From: a phage
DNA length: 64,000 bases
Sequence record: PZ445451.1
Direction: 5' to 3' (one strand)
The translations under genes were made by a program, and so were the position numbers. Positions 7,956 to 17,067 of the stretch are shown here, piece after piece; position 1 is the stretch's first letter; each line of letters begins with the position of its first letter. The notes under the pieces were generated by a model, which did not search any database, was not told where the DNA came from, and saw only the letters and a list, made by a program, of their open reading frames with translations.

Positions 7956-8063
7956 AAGGGGGTGTGTCGAAATAAATCGGGTATACCGGAAAATTTTTGT
8001 GGCATAGATATTTATTTGTCTATATTATGTACAAAGGGGTGTGTTAAAAATAATAGGTATATA
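7956..8063. repeat. pair of ~30 bp direct repeats (iteron-like) AAAGGGG(G)TGTGT..AAATAA..GGTATA
   Basis: Copy 1 at 7956-7987, copy 2 at 8033-8063, inside a 1.8 kb AT-rich non-coding region. Confidence 0.45.
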
Positions 8064-8292
8064 TAGAATAATTGATAGGGAAATCCTATACTAATCCCTC
8101 CATTAATGATGTTCCTAGGTTGCTGTTCTTGTAACAGATGAAAAGACGCTGTATGATGTGTGGCATGAGACGTAAATTTATAAGATGCAAATAATGCTTG
8201 CATTGAATAGAAATGTCTGTATAGTGGTTTGCATACCGCGCACGACGCGTTTCCATTTTCAATAAAATGTTAGCATTATGGGGAGGTAGAAA

Positions 8293-8754
8293 ATGAGACA
8301 ACTATCTATACTGGAAGCACATGTGCAATGTGTTGCAGATTATGTCAAAGAACACTCAAGTTTGTTGGATGTAACCTGTGCAGTGCAAAATGATGTAGGT
8401 ATTGTCTGTGTGCGACATATCTTATCTGAAACTCGTTATGAAGTATTTCGTGCCAAGTTGTTTGGATGTGATCAAGTGCATGTAAACTTCTTGGATTCCA
8501 ATTTTCGTTATGCTTTAGAAAATATTGATGATTATCTTCCTTGCTCTCCGACCGGATATGTGATGATAGCAGCAAATGAAGTAACACCAAACAACAGTGA
8601 GCGGGAAACTTTGTTACGGAAGAAAATACGCCAACTGCAAGTGTTGAATGAACTGAAAGAAGAGATTGAAAAAGAACTGAAAGAAGATTTTGGTATGCTT
8701 CCAAAAGACGCTTTGAAATGGTTTGATGAACTAGGAGAGGAAAGTTATGAATAA
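8293..8754 (+). CDS. hypothetical early protein (153 aa); paralog of the 14507-14758 product
   Basis: Track ORF; GGGGAGG RBS; HSSLLDVTCAVQNDVGIVCVRHILSETRYEVF resembles HTSLLKVMVVVKDGIGQVNVQHVLSDTVYNVF. Confidence 0.65.
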   Translation: MRQLSILEAHVQCVADYVKEHSSLLDVTCAVQNDVGIVCVRHILSETRYEVFRAKLFGCDQVHVNFLDSNFRYALENIDDYLPCSPTGYVMIAANEVTPNNSERETLLRKKIRQLQVLNELKEEIEKELKEDFGMLPKDALKWFDELGEESYE

Positions 8755-8923
8755 AGAAACTACTGTGTACTTAGTAACAAAGAATACCCCAGGCTGGAGC
8801 CAATGCAGCACTGTCCCTTACAAGATCTGTGCAACATTAGAACTAGCACAACGTGCAGAAGCAGAAGTGAATGCCATGCAATACAGCTATGGTGAAATCA
8901 TTCCTTTTACTCTTGAACAATAA
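8747..8923 (+). CDS. small hypothetical protein (58 aa), not in track
   Basis: ATG 8747 overlapping upstream stop; GAGAGGAAAG RBS. Confidence 0.4.
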   Translation: MNKETTVYLVTKNTPGWSQCSTVPYKICATLELAQRAEAEVNAMQYSYGEIIPFTLEQ

Positions 8924-8934
8924 GGAGTTGTGTA

Positions 8935-9387
8935 ATGTTTGAAATTGGTAAAGTGTATCGTTTTAAAAACCCATCTTATATCCGTAAGTTTGCTAACGTG
9001 TCTGAGTGCAATAGCAGGATTGCTTCTTTTTTAGGTGATTCATATTTTCGTGTATTAGATGTGGATGATTGGTATGGTGTCACTGCTTTGCAATCCTTAG
9101 CAGGAGAACAAGAAATTATCGCTCAAAATGAAGGAGACTTTCTTCAGTGTTACACGTTGCTTGCAAAAAGTGAGTTTGAGTATTTTGTAGAAGTCTTAGA
9201 GGAAGCACCAAAAAGTAAACACGAAGAGAAATACCTGCTTGTAGTGGATGGAGTTCCGATCATGGAAACCATCTCCCGTGAGGAAGTTGAAAAAGAGGCG
9301 AAACGTTACAAGCTGGATCGTACACAGAGTGTAGTTGAAGTCTATTCTCTTGTTGGTGTTGCAGATATTAGTGTGAACATCGTATAA
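8935..9387 (+). CDS. hypothetical protein (150 aa)
   Basis: Track ORF; AAGGAG RBS. Confidence 0.65.
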   Translation: MFEIGKVYRFKNPSYIRKFANVSECNSRIASFLGDSYFRVLDVDDWYGVTALQSLAGEQEIIAQNEGDFLQCYTLLAKSEFEYFVEVLEEAPKSKHEEKYLLVVDGVPIMETISREEVEKEAKRYKLDRTQSVVEVYSLVGVADISVNIV

Positions 9388-9390
9388 TAT

Positions 9391-9603
9391 ATGTGTAATG
9401 ACAGATACATTCTTCGTGTATCTGATAAGTCTCCTATGTTTGACTGGCGGGGTTGGTGGCTACTAGCTCCGATGCAAGGTCTGACAGACGTGGAAAAGGA
9501 GGCTTATGTGTATACAAAAGAAGAGATAGAAGATAGCCTTTATTTGACAGATAACATTAAGAATGGTATCTTTGAGTGTAAATTGAAAGGAGAGGAAGAA
9601 TGA
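9391..9603 (+). CDS. hypothetical protein (70 aa)
   Basis: Track ORF; tightly packed in operon. Confidence 0.5.
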   Translation: MCNDRYILRVSDKSPMFDWRGWWLLAPMQGLTDVEKEAYVYTKEEIEDSLYLTDNIKNGIFECKLKGEEE

Positions 9604-9899
9604 CTATTACAGAAAAACTGCGCTGTATTGCAAAGCAAAGTGGAGAAGGTTTATGGTTTCCTATTGAGGAAATTATTCAGGACTGTTATGATCAGGCTAA
9701 GACTGGCAAATACTCCAAAGCATTTAAACCATCTGTTTTCGGTTTGGATGACTATCCAAAAAATGAACAAGCAAAGAAACGACAAGTTGATTTGATTGAT
9801 CTTGCTATGGAAGCACTACGAGAGCATGGGCTTAGTAAGGTGTATGCTTTAAACACCAAAGAGGGCTTTGTAGATTCAGTGATCGTAGACTGGTATTAA
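9600..9899 (+). CDS. hypothetical protein (99 aa)
   Basis: Track ORF; ATGA start/stop overlap. Confidence 0.6.
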   Translation: MTITEKLRCIAKQSGEGLWFPIEEIIQDCYDQAKTGKYSKAFKPSVFGLDDYPKNEQAKKRQVDLIDLAMEALREHGLSKVYALNTKEGFVDSVIVDWY

Positions 9900-9908
9900 G
9901 GAGAAGTC

Positions 9909-10277
9909 ATGCAAGAAAATAATAAAGTGTGTAGCATGAAAAGCAGCCCATATTTGCTACAATTTTATGAGTGGTGGTTAGAACAAGAAGATACAAACTT
10001 TAGCAAAAAGCATTATGGTCTTTGCACGTGTCTTGTAGACTTCTTATACAATATTGCTTGGATAAAAGATGTTGAGAATGTATCAAAGCTCCAATCCTCT
10101 GTACGAGAGGAAATGAAGGAACAATTTAAGAAAGCGGGTTTGAACCATTTACATCCGTTTAATACGGATTTCTCGCACTACTTTACGGAAACAGAGCTAG
10201 GCATTGCACACCTTAATAAAGAACGTGTACAATGGGTGATTGATCGTATTCGTGATATGGAGGAATACAATGGTTAA
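9909..10277 (+). CDS. hypothetical protein (122 aa); paralog of the 10901-11485 N-terminal region
   Basis: Shared LLQFY..FSK..LHPFN..HLN.KR..WV motifs. Confidence 0.6.
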   Translation: MQENNKVCSMKSSPYLLQFYEWWLEQEDTNFSKKHYGLCTCLVDFLYNIAWIKDVENVSKLQSSVREEMKEQFKKAGLNHLHPFNTDFSHYFTETELGIAHLNKERVQWVIDRIRDMEEYNG

Positions 10278-10488
10278 GTTTAAAACTTTCTGTGCAATCA
10301 CTGTTTGTCTTATTCTTGCATACGTGTTATTCTCTGGTATCGTTCGTTTAGGTGAGTATATGGCAAGAGAAGCTCGTGAAAGTGCAGCTAAAAAAGAACA
10401 GTGTATTGTGTTCAAGCATCAAAGAGATGCTGAAAAGTTTCTCGCACTTGATTGCAATCGTTATGTATCATATCAAATGTATGAGTAA
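10270..10488 (+). CDS. small membrane-anchored protein (72 aa); paralog of the 14982-15206 product
   Basis: Track ORF 10240-10488 trimmed to ATG 10270; N-terminal TM helix; KEQCIVFKHQRDAEKFL resembles KEKCIILKHKRQAEDFL. Confidence 0.55.
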   Translation: MVKFKTFCAITVCLILAYVLFSGIVRLGEYMAREARESAAKKEQCIVFKHQRDAEKFLALDCNRYVSYQMYE

Positions 10489-10497
10489 GGAGAATTT

Positions 10498-10722
10498 ATG
10501 GTAAAACGTTTGGAATGGGATGCGTGTACTGCTCACGCTTGTCACTGCGATATTGTTGAAGATCCTAATGGAGAAATGGTGTATTATGAAGATTACGAAG
10601 CATTGCACAATGCTGTGATTGCTTTACTGGATGATATTAGCTCACGCTATCCAGGACAACAATTCACGTGTCCACATATCCAACTATTAGCCGAACTTAC
10701 GGAGTATCCAAGTGTTCCATAA
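10498..10722 (+). CDS. hypothetical protein (74 aa); paralog of the 15867-16130 product
   Basis: CDIVEDPNGEMVYYEDYEALHNAVIAL resembles CDIVPDPEGDYVLLADYNKLEERLLAV. Confidence 0.55.
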   Translation: MVKRLEWDACTAHACHCDIVEDPNGEMVYYEDYEALHNAVIALLDDISSRYPGQQFTCPHIQLLAELTEYPSVP

Positions 10723-10723
10723 T

Positions 10724-10891
10724 ATGGGTGTCCCTGAACAACTGCTCTTTATTGTAGGATTAGTAGGCTTATTGGCGGCTGGCGCTAAAGCCGCTTCTCA
10801 CACGCATCACATAATGTTAAGATTTCTATTCCTGCTCCCTTCTATCCTCGTACTACTAGTCATACTGATCGATAACATTTTGCATAATTAA
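10724..10891 (+). CDS. small hydrophobic membrane protein (55 aa), not in track
   Basis: ATG 10724 one base after upstream stop; two hydrophobic segments. Confidence 0.35.
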   Translation: MGVPEQLLFIVGLVGLLAAGAKAASHTHHIMLRFLFLLPSILVLLVILIDNILHN

Positions 10892-10900
10892 GGAGAGGTT

Positions 10901-11485
10901 ATGAGTAAAATTATACCAAGCAGTTATGAATTATTACAGTTTTATGTGTATTATATAGACTGGGTTAGTAGATTGAATGTTAAAGACAATGCGATGTTTA
11001 GTAAAAACATCTGTTTAACAGAAAGTATCTTCCGTTACTGGCACACAGGTAGAAAGTGTACACACAGTGAAGCTATGCGCATTGTAGGAGAATATCTGGA
11101 GCAATTGCAAAAAGCAGAACTTCCTGTCCTTCACCCATTCAATGAATCTAAAGAAGAATTAGAACAAGAATGTAGGGAAGGTAAGTGCCATTTGAATGAA
11201 AAACGTATCGAATGGGTGAGGCAACGTTTAGCCGATGCAGGGAATCCTCCTAGTGACTCTGACTATACGTGGTATGATGTAGAGGGTTTAGTTCAAGGTT
11301 TTGAGGCTTGTGCTATAGGTAATACCAACTTTGCCAAAGTTTTATGCGAGGTTTATGATCTGGCAGATAAAATCCGAAATCACGGATGGAAACAAGAGCA
11401 TAAAGAATCATATGAACGCCTTGACAAGATTTTCAAACAGATCTATTCTAACCACAAAGAGATGTTCCAAATGGAGGATGTGTAA
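10901..11485 (+). CDS. hypothetical protein (194 aa)
   Basis: Track ORF; AAGGAGAGG RBS. Confidence 0.65.
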   Translation: MSKIIPSSYELLQFYVYYIDWVSRLNVKDNAMFSKNICLTESIFRYWHTGRKCTHSEAMRIVGEYLEQLQKAELPVLHPFNESKEELEQECREGKCHLNEKRIEWVRQRLADAGNPPSDSDYTWYDVEGLVQGFEACAIGNTNFAKVLCEVYDLADKIRNHGWKQEHKESYERLDKIFKQIYSNHKEMFQMEDV

Positions 11486-12171
11486 TGAAAGAGATTATGT
11501 TTGAAGGGCATCGTTACGAAGTTCCAGACAATGCAAATTTCATGGCTCGTGATATCACTGGAGATGTGTTCTGGTTTGAAGATGAACCTGTGTTTTCTTC
11601 GAACAAACACTGGTTTTCACAACAATCTTCTTCGGAAAATATGACTTTTGGTTATGTAGAACCTAAAGTACGTTGCAAAGCAGCTTCTTCTTTGGTAAAA
11701 ATTTCCCAAGATGACCAAGAAAATACTCAAGATGTTGTTAGTGCACTACTGAAGTACATTGCAGAACTTGAAAATAAAATTAAAGAAGCAGAAACTAAGG
11801 TGAAAGCACGATCAGCAATCATTGAAGCTATGTCTGAACGTATTTTAGAACTAGAAGATTTGTGTGGAGAGGCTTATCAAGTGGTTGGGGCACTGGCTTG
11901 TGAAGCACAAATGTTTGAAACTTCAGAACAAGTTTCACATATGTTAGATAATTTGAGTGAATGTAAAATGATTCATGATGATGTATTGCCATTTTGTTGC
12001 AATGTTAACAAAACAGAGCAAACAGAAGATTCAGAAACAGTTTATGTTCCGCTAATGTGTGTTCCAGATCATCTGAAAGGTGTATTCTCTTGTAAATGGT
12101 CACTGTTGAGCGTTAATAATTGTGGTGAAAACTATTCTGCTAACATTGAATTGCTAAAACACGTTAAATAA
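11485..12171 (+). CDS. hypothetical protein with central coiled-coil (228 aa)
   Basis: Track ORF; start overlaps upstream stop. Confidence 0.65.
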   Translation: MKEIMFEGHRYEVPDNANFMARDITGDVFWFEDEPVFSSNKHWFSQQSSSENMTFGYVEPKVRCKAASSLVKISQDDQENTQDVVSALLKYIAELENKIKEAETKVKARSAIIEAMSERILELEDLCGEAYQVVGALACEAQMFETSEQVSHMLDNLSECKMIHDDVLPFCCNVNKTEQTEDSETVYVPLMCVPDHLKGVFSCKWSLLSVNNCGENYSANIELLKHVK

Positions 12172-12181
12172 GGAGAGTGAT

Positions 12182-12586
12182 ATGTGGTCTGTTAAAATCA
12201 AATATAATGCGCAGTATTATGGTGGAAAACCTTACGAAGTTGTTATTTGTGATTGTATCTCTGAAGAAGTTGCACAGCTTTGTGGCGCTGGTGTTAGTGA
12301 AGCTATGAACAAAATGCATAACTCGACTGTGCGTTACCTGGATCAAGATATTCCAGAAGATGTAAATGACTATGCTTACGAAGTTATTTATAGTGAAGGT
12401 AAGAAGCTCTCTATTGAAGATGCACTTAAAGCACTACCTGCTATGTGCAACCCGACACCAGAAGCAGTTAAAGAGATTTTACCAGAATCCAACCCCGATG
12501 AATATGCTGCTATGGTTGCTTCAGACATGTGGAATCTCTGTCGAGAAACTATGATTAAAAATCTGGTGGAAATGGCACATGAGTAA
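12182..12586 (+). CDS. hypothetical protein (134 aa)
   Basis: Track ORF; AAGGAGAG RBS. Confidence 0.65.
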   Translation: MWSVKIKYNAQYYGGKPYEVVICDCISEEVAQLCGAGVSEAMNKMHNSTVRYLDQDIPEDVNDYAYEVIYSEGKKLSIEDALKALPAMCNPTPEAVKEILPESNPDEYAAMVASDMWNLCRETMIKNLVEMAHE

Positions 12587-12797
12587 AACGCACTTTATAC
12601 ATCCGTTTGATCCAAGGAACAAGGCGGTTATACACCGCCGTTGGACTGAAACGCGCATTACAAAATGTCCTGTGCCAGCAGCACAGGAATATAACAAAAC
12701 ATATAAAGCAGAATTTGTGGAGTACACCTTTGTAAATAACAAAGGGAAGGAGGTTTATGTTCCAGAATACTGCCTTTGGATAAAATGGGAGGAATAA
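12579..12797 (+). CDS. hypothetical protein (72 aa)
   Basis: Track ORF overlapping its neighbours. Confidence 0.5.
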   Translation: MSKTHFIHPFDPRNKAVIHRRWTETRITKCPVPAAQEYNKTYKAEFVEYTFVNNKGKEVYVPEYCLWIKWEE

Positions 12798-12964
12798 TGC
12801 AAACATTTTTTATCGACAAGTTCAATAAAAATATGAACACGTGGATGGCAACATTCACTATGCAATTTGCATCGTTTAAAGAAGCTCAAGAATGGTGCGA
12901 TCAACACAAGGATTTTGACTTTTACTATCAAATCAATCCGAATCTCTCTCCAGAGGAGAAATAA
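12797..12964 (+). CDS. hypothetical protein (55 aa)
   Basis: Track ORF 12776-12964 trimmed to ATG 12797 (GGAGGAATA RBS). Confidence 0.45.
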   Translation: MQTFFIDKFNKNMNTWMATFTMQFASFKEAQEWCDQHKDFDFYYQINPNLSPEEK

Positions 12965-12965
12965 T

Positions 12966-13310
12966 ATGTTGGCTGATATTGAAATCCTTATGTACCGACA
13001 AGGTATGATCAAAATGTGGCTAGATTCTTTTAGCAACATATACTGCACAGTACGATCAGCAGACGAGCGTAAAACGCTTATTTTATCTGCTATTGTTGAT
13101 AAACAACGTTTCTTCAAAGAAATTTTGCAAACAGGCTTCTCCGATGCAGGAGTAGAGATTGCAACGCTTAGTCTTGGAGTGCTGTCTTACTTGGAATCCG
13201 TTGTTTTATATGTCTTCTCTTTAGAAGAACACTTGCAATTTGAAGCATTAAAACTTATCTTAGATGCTGCAATTGACATAGAACAAAATCGAATTGATTC
13301 TTTTGAATAA
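12966..13310 (+). CDS. hypothetical protein (114 aa)
   Basis: Track ORF 12867-13310 trimmed to ATG 12966. Confidence 0.55.
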   Translation: MLADIEILMYRQGMIKMWLDSFSNIYCTVRSADERKTLILSAIVDKQRFFKEILQTGFSDAGVEIATLSLGVLSYLESVVLYVFSLEEHLQFEALKLILDAAIDIEQNRIDSFE

Positions 13311-13326
13311 AAATAAGGAGGAAACT

Positions 13327-13785
13327 ATGCAAGAGGTTAAACATTATCCACATGGTCGTAGTTTTGTAGCTGTATGGCATGTTCCTGCTCGTAATGAACT
13401 ATTTTGTGCATCTTTTCATTACAAAGATGGACAATATTTCACCTATGACGAGACGATGGATGATTTTATCCCAGAGTGCGATCATGGGTATACACCAATG
13501 TTCTTTAAACGTATGAAAGCTCGTTTCTTCGTTACAGATGTTGATGGTGAACCTACTTGGCACATCGAAGAAGATTGGCAAGATTCTGTGGATATTAAAG
13601 AAGCCCCAGAATGGGCTACATTACTGGTACACGTCAAAACCCCTACTCTTGACGTTATGGCGTGGGTTAATCATGATGATACCCATTACCAATACATAAA
13701 TGGTAGCACAGAGATTTCTGGTGAGATTATTGGTCGTTGGAAGCCTACGAATCAGGTTGCTATTGTCGGGTATAAGACAGTATAA
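13327..13785 (+). CDS. hypothetical protein (152 aa)
   Basis: Track ORF 13294-13785 trimmed to ATG 13327 (AAGGAGGAAACT RBS). Confidence 0.65.
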   Translation: MQEVKHYPHGRSFVAVWHVPARNELFCASFHYKDGQYFTYDETMDDFIPECDHGYTPMFFKRMKARFFVTDVDGEPTWHIEEDWQDSVDIKEAPEWATLLVHVKTPTLDVMAWVNHDDTHYQYINGSTEISGEIIGRWKPTNQVAIVGYKTV

Positions 13786-13786
13786 T

Positions 13787-13981
13787 ATGAAAAAGAGTGT
13801 AGATTGGGATGATTTATCCGATTTTGAAAAATGGTTCTTAGGTAGTGGTTGTTATGCAGATGGGGATCTCGAAAGAGATCCTTCTGGAAACTACACTATG
13901 CCATTAACCCAAGGTTTTTATGAGTGCTGGTGCGCAGCACAAAACAACGTACTGAATAAGGAGACAACACAATGCAATTAA
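13787..13981 (+). CDS. hypothetical protein (64 aa)
   Basis: Track ORF 13700-13981 trimmed to ATG 13787. Confidence 0.5.
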   Translation: MKKSVDWDDLSDFEKWFLGSGCYADGDLERDPSGNYTMPLTQGFYECWCAAQNNVLNKETTQCN

Positions 13982-14211
13982 ACATCGGACAACCAATTTT
14001 TGATGCAGATACTGGTCAATATGCAGTGATTGTTGCTCGTATGAGCGGTGATGACCTTATTGTTTCAGAACTACTCGGATCCGATCCGCAACTGCGCGTA
14101 GTATGTGACCTATATCTTCGAGACGAAAGTGATCGCATTGCACTGAAAGAAGATGGTATGCTCTACTACACCTGGACTAGAGATCCTGGGGTAACGGAGG
14201 TAGAGGTATAA
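13972..14211 (+). CDS. hypothetical protein (79 aa)
   Basis: Track ORF; AAGGAGACAAC RBS. Confidence 0.55.
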   Translation: MQLNIGQPIFDADTGQYAVIVARMSGDDLIVSELLGSDPQLRVVCDLYLRDESDRIALKEDGMLYYTWTRDPGVTEVEV

Positions 14212-14510
14212 TGGTAAGGAATAGGGGTTTACATAAAAGAAGACACCTTACTTACTGGCATCGTAAAGTACATGAACCTGTATCAAAGAAAGAATGGCAA
14301 TATCTGCCTTATGGGAAGGAGCGAAGAAAGTATTTGTTAGCTCATTTAAGGGTACATGGTTCTCTTCCTGTTAACAGTAAGTGGCAATTGCAAACAGCTT
14401 ATGACGAAGATATGAAATATCTGTTAAAGAGAGGCATTATTTGCCTTGTTAAGATTGGACGATGGAAATCTCGTCAATCTTATATCGTACTTAAACAGGA
14501 GAAACGATGA
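14211..14510 (+). CDS. basic protein (99 aa), possibly nucleic-acid binding
   Basis: Track ORF; Lys/Arg-rich. Confidence 0.55.
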   Translation: MVRNRGLHKRRHLTYWHRKVHEPVSKKEWQYLPYGKERRKYLLAHLRVHGSLPVNSKWQLQTAYDEDMKYLLKRGIICLVKIGRWKSRQSYIVLKQEKR

Positions 14511-14758
14511 ATATCAAAGATGTTGTAGCATACGTAGAAGATGAAGTTAAAAACCATACAAGTTTACTGAAAGTAATGGTTGTGGTTAAAGATGGTATTG
14601 GACAAGTAAACGTACAACATGTCTTATCTGACACTGTATATAATGTGTTTGAATGTAAAGAAACACCTCATGGAGTACGTGTGGTTTATATTGATAACAA
14701 TTTCAAAGAATGTGTGAGACATACCTTAGAAAATGAACTAAGGATCACAATCTTATGA
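14507..14758 (+). CDS. hypothetical protein (83 aa); paralog of the 8293-8754 product
   Basis: Track ORF; see paralogy note at 8293. Confidence 0.6.
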   Translation: MNIKDVVAYVEDEVKNHTSLLKVMVVVKDGIGQVNVQHVLSDTVYNVFECKETPHGVRVVYIDNNFKECVRHTLENELRITIL

Positions 14759-14928
14759 GTTATTATGTTGTACCTTATGCCAATAAGTGGAGAGTAAGAG
14801 AAACTTGTTTTCTATTCTCCTGGTGGGCTACGTTCGGAGATGGTTGTGGGAATGATACAGGAAAGCCTGTAGAGTACGACACAAAAGAAGAATGTGAACA
14901 GTGGATAAAATTAACACAAAGATGTTGA
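14755..14928 (+). CDS. small Cys/Trp-rich protein (57 aa), not in track
   Basis: ATG 14755 overlaps upstream stop (ATGA); frame runs to TGA 14926-14928. Confidence 0.4.
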   Translation: MSYYVVPYANKWRVRETCFLFSWWATFGDGCGNDTGKPVEYDTKEECEQWIKLTQRC

Positions 14929-14953
14929 CACGATCTTAACTTCTTGTTAGTAT
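14925..14953 (+). promoter_or_regulatory. sigma70-like promoter (TTGACA-17-TAGTAT)
   Basis: Exact TTGACA 14925-14930. Confidence 0.45.
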
Positions 14954-14981
14954 CAATGTGTACTAACGATAAGGAGGGTTT

Positions 14982-15206
14982 ATGAAGTCTGTAAACAAGT
15001 TGCAACAATTTTTGTTATCAACAGCAATCTTTTTGCTTTTGTTGATTGGTATTCTGTATGGTGCATCTAATTTGTACAATCTACATAATGATGTAGAACA
15101 GAACAAAGAGAAGTGCATCATTCTGAAACACAAGAGACAAGCAGAAGATTTCTTAAAGAATAAGTGTTACAACTACATTGATTATGAGGAGACAAACAAT
15201 GATTAA
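14982..15206 (+). CDS. small membrane-anchored protein (74 aa); paralog of the 10270-10488 product
   Basis: Track ORF; AAGGAGGG RBS; N-terminal TM helix. Confidence 0.6.
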   Translation: MKSVNKLQQFLLSTAIFLLLLIGILYGASNLYNLHNDVEQNKEKCIILKHKRQAEDFLKNKCYNYIDYEETNND

Positions 15207-15441
15207 AGAATTAGGTATGCGAGTATACAGTGAGTGGACTCCAAGCAATGGCCCAGGAGTTGTTGCAGCTAAATGTATCAATGGTCGTATTGAGTACCTG
15301 GAAGGGTATGAAGATAATGAAGAGTTAGTAGATTATGCTAAATCTTTTATTGAAGATGATACAGACTTTATTGTGTTATATGATACAGGAGAGTTAGAGT
15401 ATGGATATGATGGAGATGGGGATATCTTTGAACTTCAATAA
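15199..15441 (+). CDS. acidic hypothetical protein (80 aa)
   Basis: Track ORF 15178-15441 trimmed to ATG 15199. Confidence 0.5.
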   Translation: MIKELGMRVYSEWTPSNGPGVVAAKCINGRIEYLEGYEDNEELVDYAKSFIEDDTDFIVLYDTGELEYGYDGDGDIFELQ

Positions 15442-15648
15442 GAGTAGTAAGTAAGGTATAAAGAGTATATAGTTAGTTATAGAGTTAGTAACATTACATA
15501 TACTCTTTCCATGTATAACATGGAATATTCTCTACCTCGCTATCGCTCGGTATATAAGATTAGGGTAGCATGTTTTTTACGAAAAGTAAAACTGTTTATA
15601 CCGATTGATAGCAGGTTTTTAATAGATTCTATCTATGAGGAGTAGAAA

Positions 15649-15867
15649 GTGTACAAATTATATAAAGGAAAAGATAAGTTTACGGGTAATACATCTGGTT
15701 TCTATGTAACACCACGTGGTGTTGCTGTGTTCGATTGGATCTCTGGTACGCCAGATCGTGAAATGATCTCTCTTGTAAAACTGTCAGAACAAGATTATAC
15801 TTACGGTGACATTACAACATTCTATTCTCGTGCAGAAAATCCAAAACTGATTGCGGAGTGGGAATAA
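15649..15867 (+). CDS. hypothetical protein (72 aa)
   Basis: Track ORF; GAGGAG RBS. Confidence 0.55.
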   Translation: MYKLYKGKDKFTGNTSGFYVTPRGVAVFDWISGTPDREMISLVKLSEQDYTYGDITTFYSRAENPKLIAEWE

Positions 15868-16130
15868 TGGTTACACGATATGATTTAGAGGTGTACAGCC
15901 AAGGTGCTGCTGGTCAATGTGATATTGTACCAGATCCAGAAGGAGACTATGTTCTTCTTGCTGATTACAACAAGCTAGAAGAAAGACTTCTGGCTGTGTA
16001 TGCTAAAGAGAACAAAACAATCTGCCCTTATTGCAATGGAATGGGTTGGGTGGTTGCAGATGTTGGACAAATGTATGAATGTGTACCGTGTAAAACCACA
16101 GGATTTATTGAAAAGGATACTGACAAATGA
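15867..16130 (+). CDS. hypothetical protein (87 aa); paralog of the 10498-10722 product
   Basis: Track ORF 15858-16130 trimmed to ATG 15867. Confidence 0.55.
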   Translation: MVTRYDLEVYSQGAAGQCDIVPDPEGDYVLLADYNKLEERLLAVYAKENKTICPYCNGMGWVVADVGQMYECVPCKTTGFIEKDTDK

Positions 16131-16375
16131 CTGTAGCAGATAAAATGAGAGAACTGGCAGAAAACGCAGAACTTAACAAAGCAAAAGAGAGTTTACAAAG
16201 CATCTACGCGTATATTGAAAGAGCAGCTAAAGATGGAGACAGAGAAGCTGCTATATACACGCTTTATCCAACTTTCGTAAAAGTTAGCTTGGATGCTGAA
16301 GGTTTTTCAACTTTTATTGATACAGAAACATCTCATTACGATGAAAACTTTACTCGAATAGTTATTCGATGGTAA
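16127..16375 (+). CDS. hypothetical protein (82 aa)
   Basis: Track ORF; ATGA overlap. Confidence 0.55.
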   Translation: MTVADKMRELAENAELNKAKESLQSIYAYIERAAKDGDREAAIYTLYPTFVKVSLDAEGFSTFIDTETSHYDENFTRIVIRW

Positions 16376-16390
16376 ATTTCTGATATTTAT

Positions 16391-16449
16391 GCGCCCTGGC
16401 TACCTGGGCGTAATAAATTCAGCTTATATTTGATCCGCGCCTTCGGCGC
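16391..16449 (+). repeat. two GC-rich hairpins in an intergenic spacer (no U-tract)
   Basis: CGCCC...GGGCG (16392-16410) and GCGCC-TTC-GGCGC (16437-16449). Confidence 0.4.
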
Positions 16450-16480
16450 TTAGGCAAAGCCACGCCACACAGGAGAGTTT

Positions 16481-16891
16481 ATGTTCAAATGGTTAAAAGA
16501 GTTTCTAACATCTTTGGCAGAACCTAAGCAAGATGTTATTAAAAGCTCTATCACAGGAAAACCGCTTGTTATAGTTACAGGCGGCTTTGGTCATGGGTTT
16601 TCTCTTAAACAAACAGATATAGGTTTACAGGGATCTTTGATTAGTTTTAGAATCACCCAACTAGGAGATAATAGACAAACAATCTTAGACCTTTTCAATG
16701 GGGAATTTGATGACTATTTATCTAAGAGTGGTAAAGAACGTCTGATCGAGCATATAAAACACCGCTATGAGCATGGTGGTTACTACTTAGATACAAAACG
16801 TAATGCACAAGGTGATCTTGACATAGTTCGTATAGCGTGGGATAATGAATTTAAAACTAAACTTGGTAAACTTCTGGAGGAGTTATGGTAA
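16481..16891 (+). CDS. hypothetical protein (136 aa)
   Basis: Track ORF; CAGGAGAG RBS. Confidence 0.65.
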   Translation: MFKWLKEFLTSLAEPKQDVIKSSITGKPLVIVTGGFGHGFSLKQTDIGLQGSLISFRITQLGDNRQTILDLFNGEFDDYLSKSGKERLIEHIKHRYEHGGYYLDTKRNAQGDLDIVRIAWDNEFKTKLGKLLEELW

Positions 16892-17067
16892 ATATTAAAA
16901 CAGGTGATATTGTACGTCTTGCCAGTGAAGAAATGTTAATGACTGTAATGGTATCTACTTACGATACTTGCGAAGTGGTGTGGTTTGATGTTAATGAGCA
17001 ACTACAGAAAGCTACATTTGATAAACGTATGCTTCGTAAAGTTGAAGAAGTGAAGGAGGAAGAATAA
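16885..17067 (+). CDS. hypothetical protein (60 aa)
   Basis: Track ORF; GGAGGAG RBS. Confidence 0.5.
   Translation: MVNIKTGDIVRLASEEMLMTVMVSTYDTCEVVWFDVNEQLQKATFDKRMLRKVEEVKEEE

Noticed and set aside
7732-8301. Minus-strand track ORFs inside the AT-rich repeat region (7732-7923, 8012-8203, 8086-8301)
   Set aside because: Low-complexity AT-rich frames with no RBS, overlapping direct repeats and the promoter region of the 8293 gene; the region is better explained as regulatory or origin DNA.
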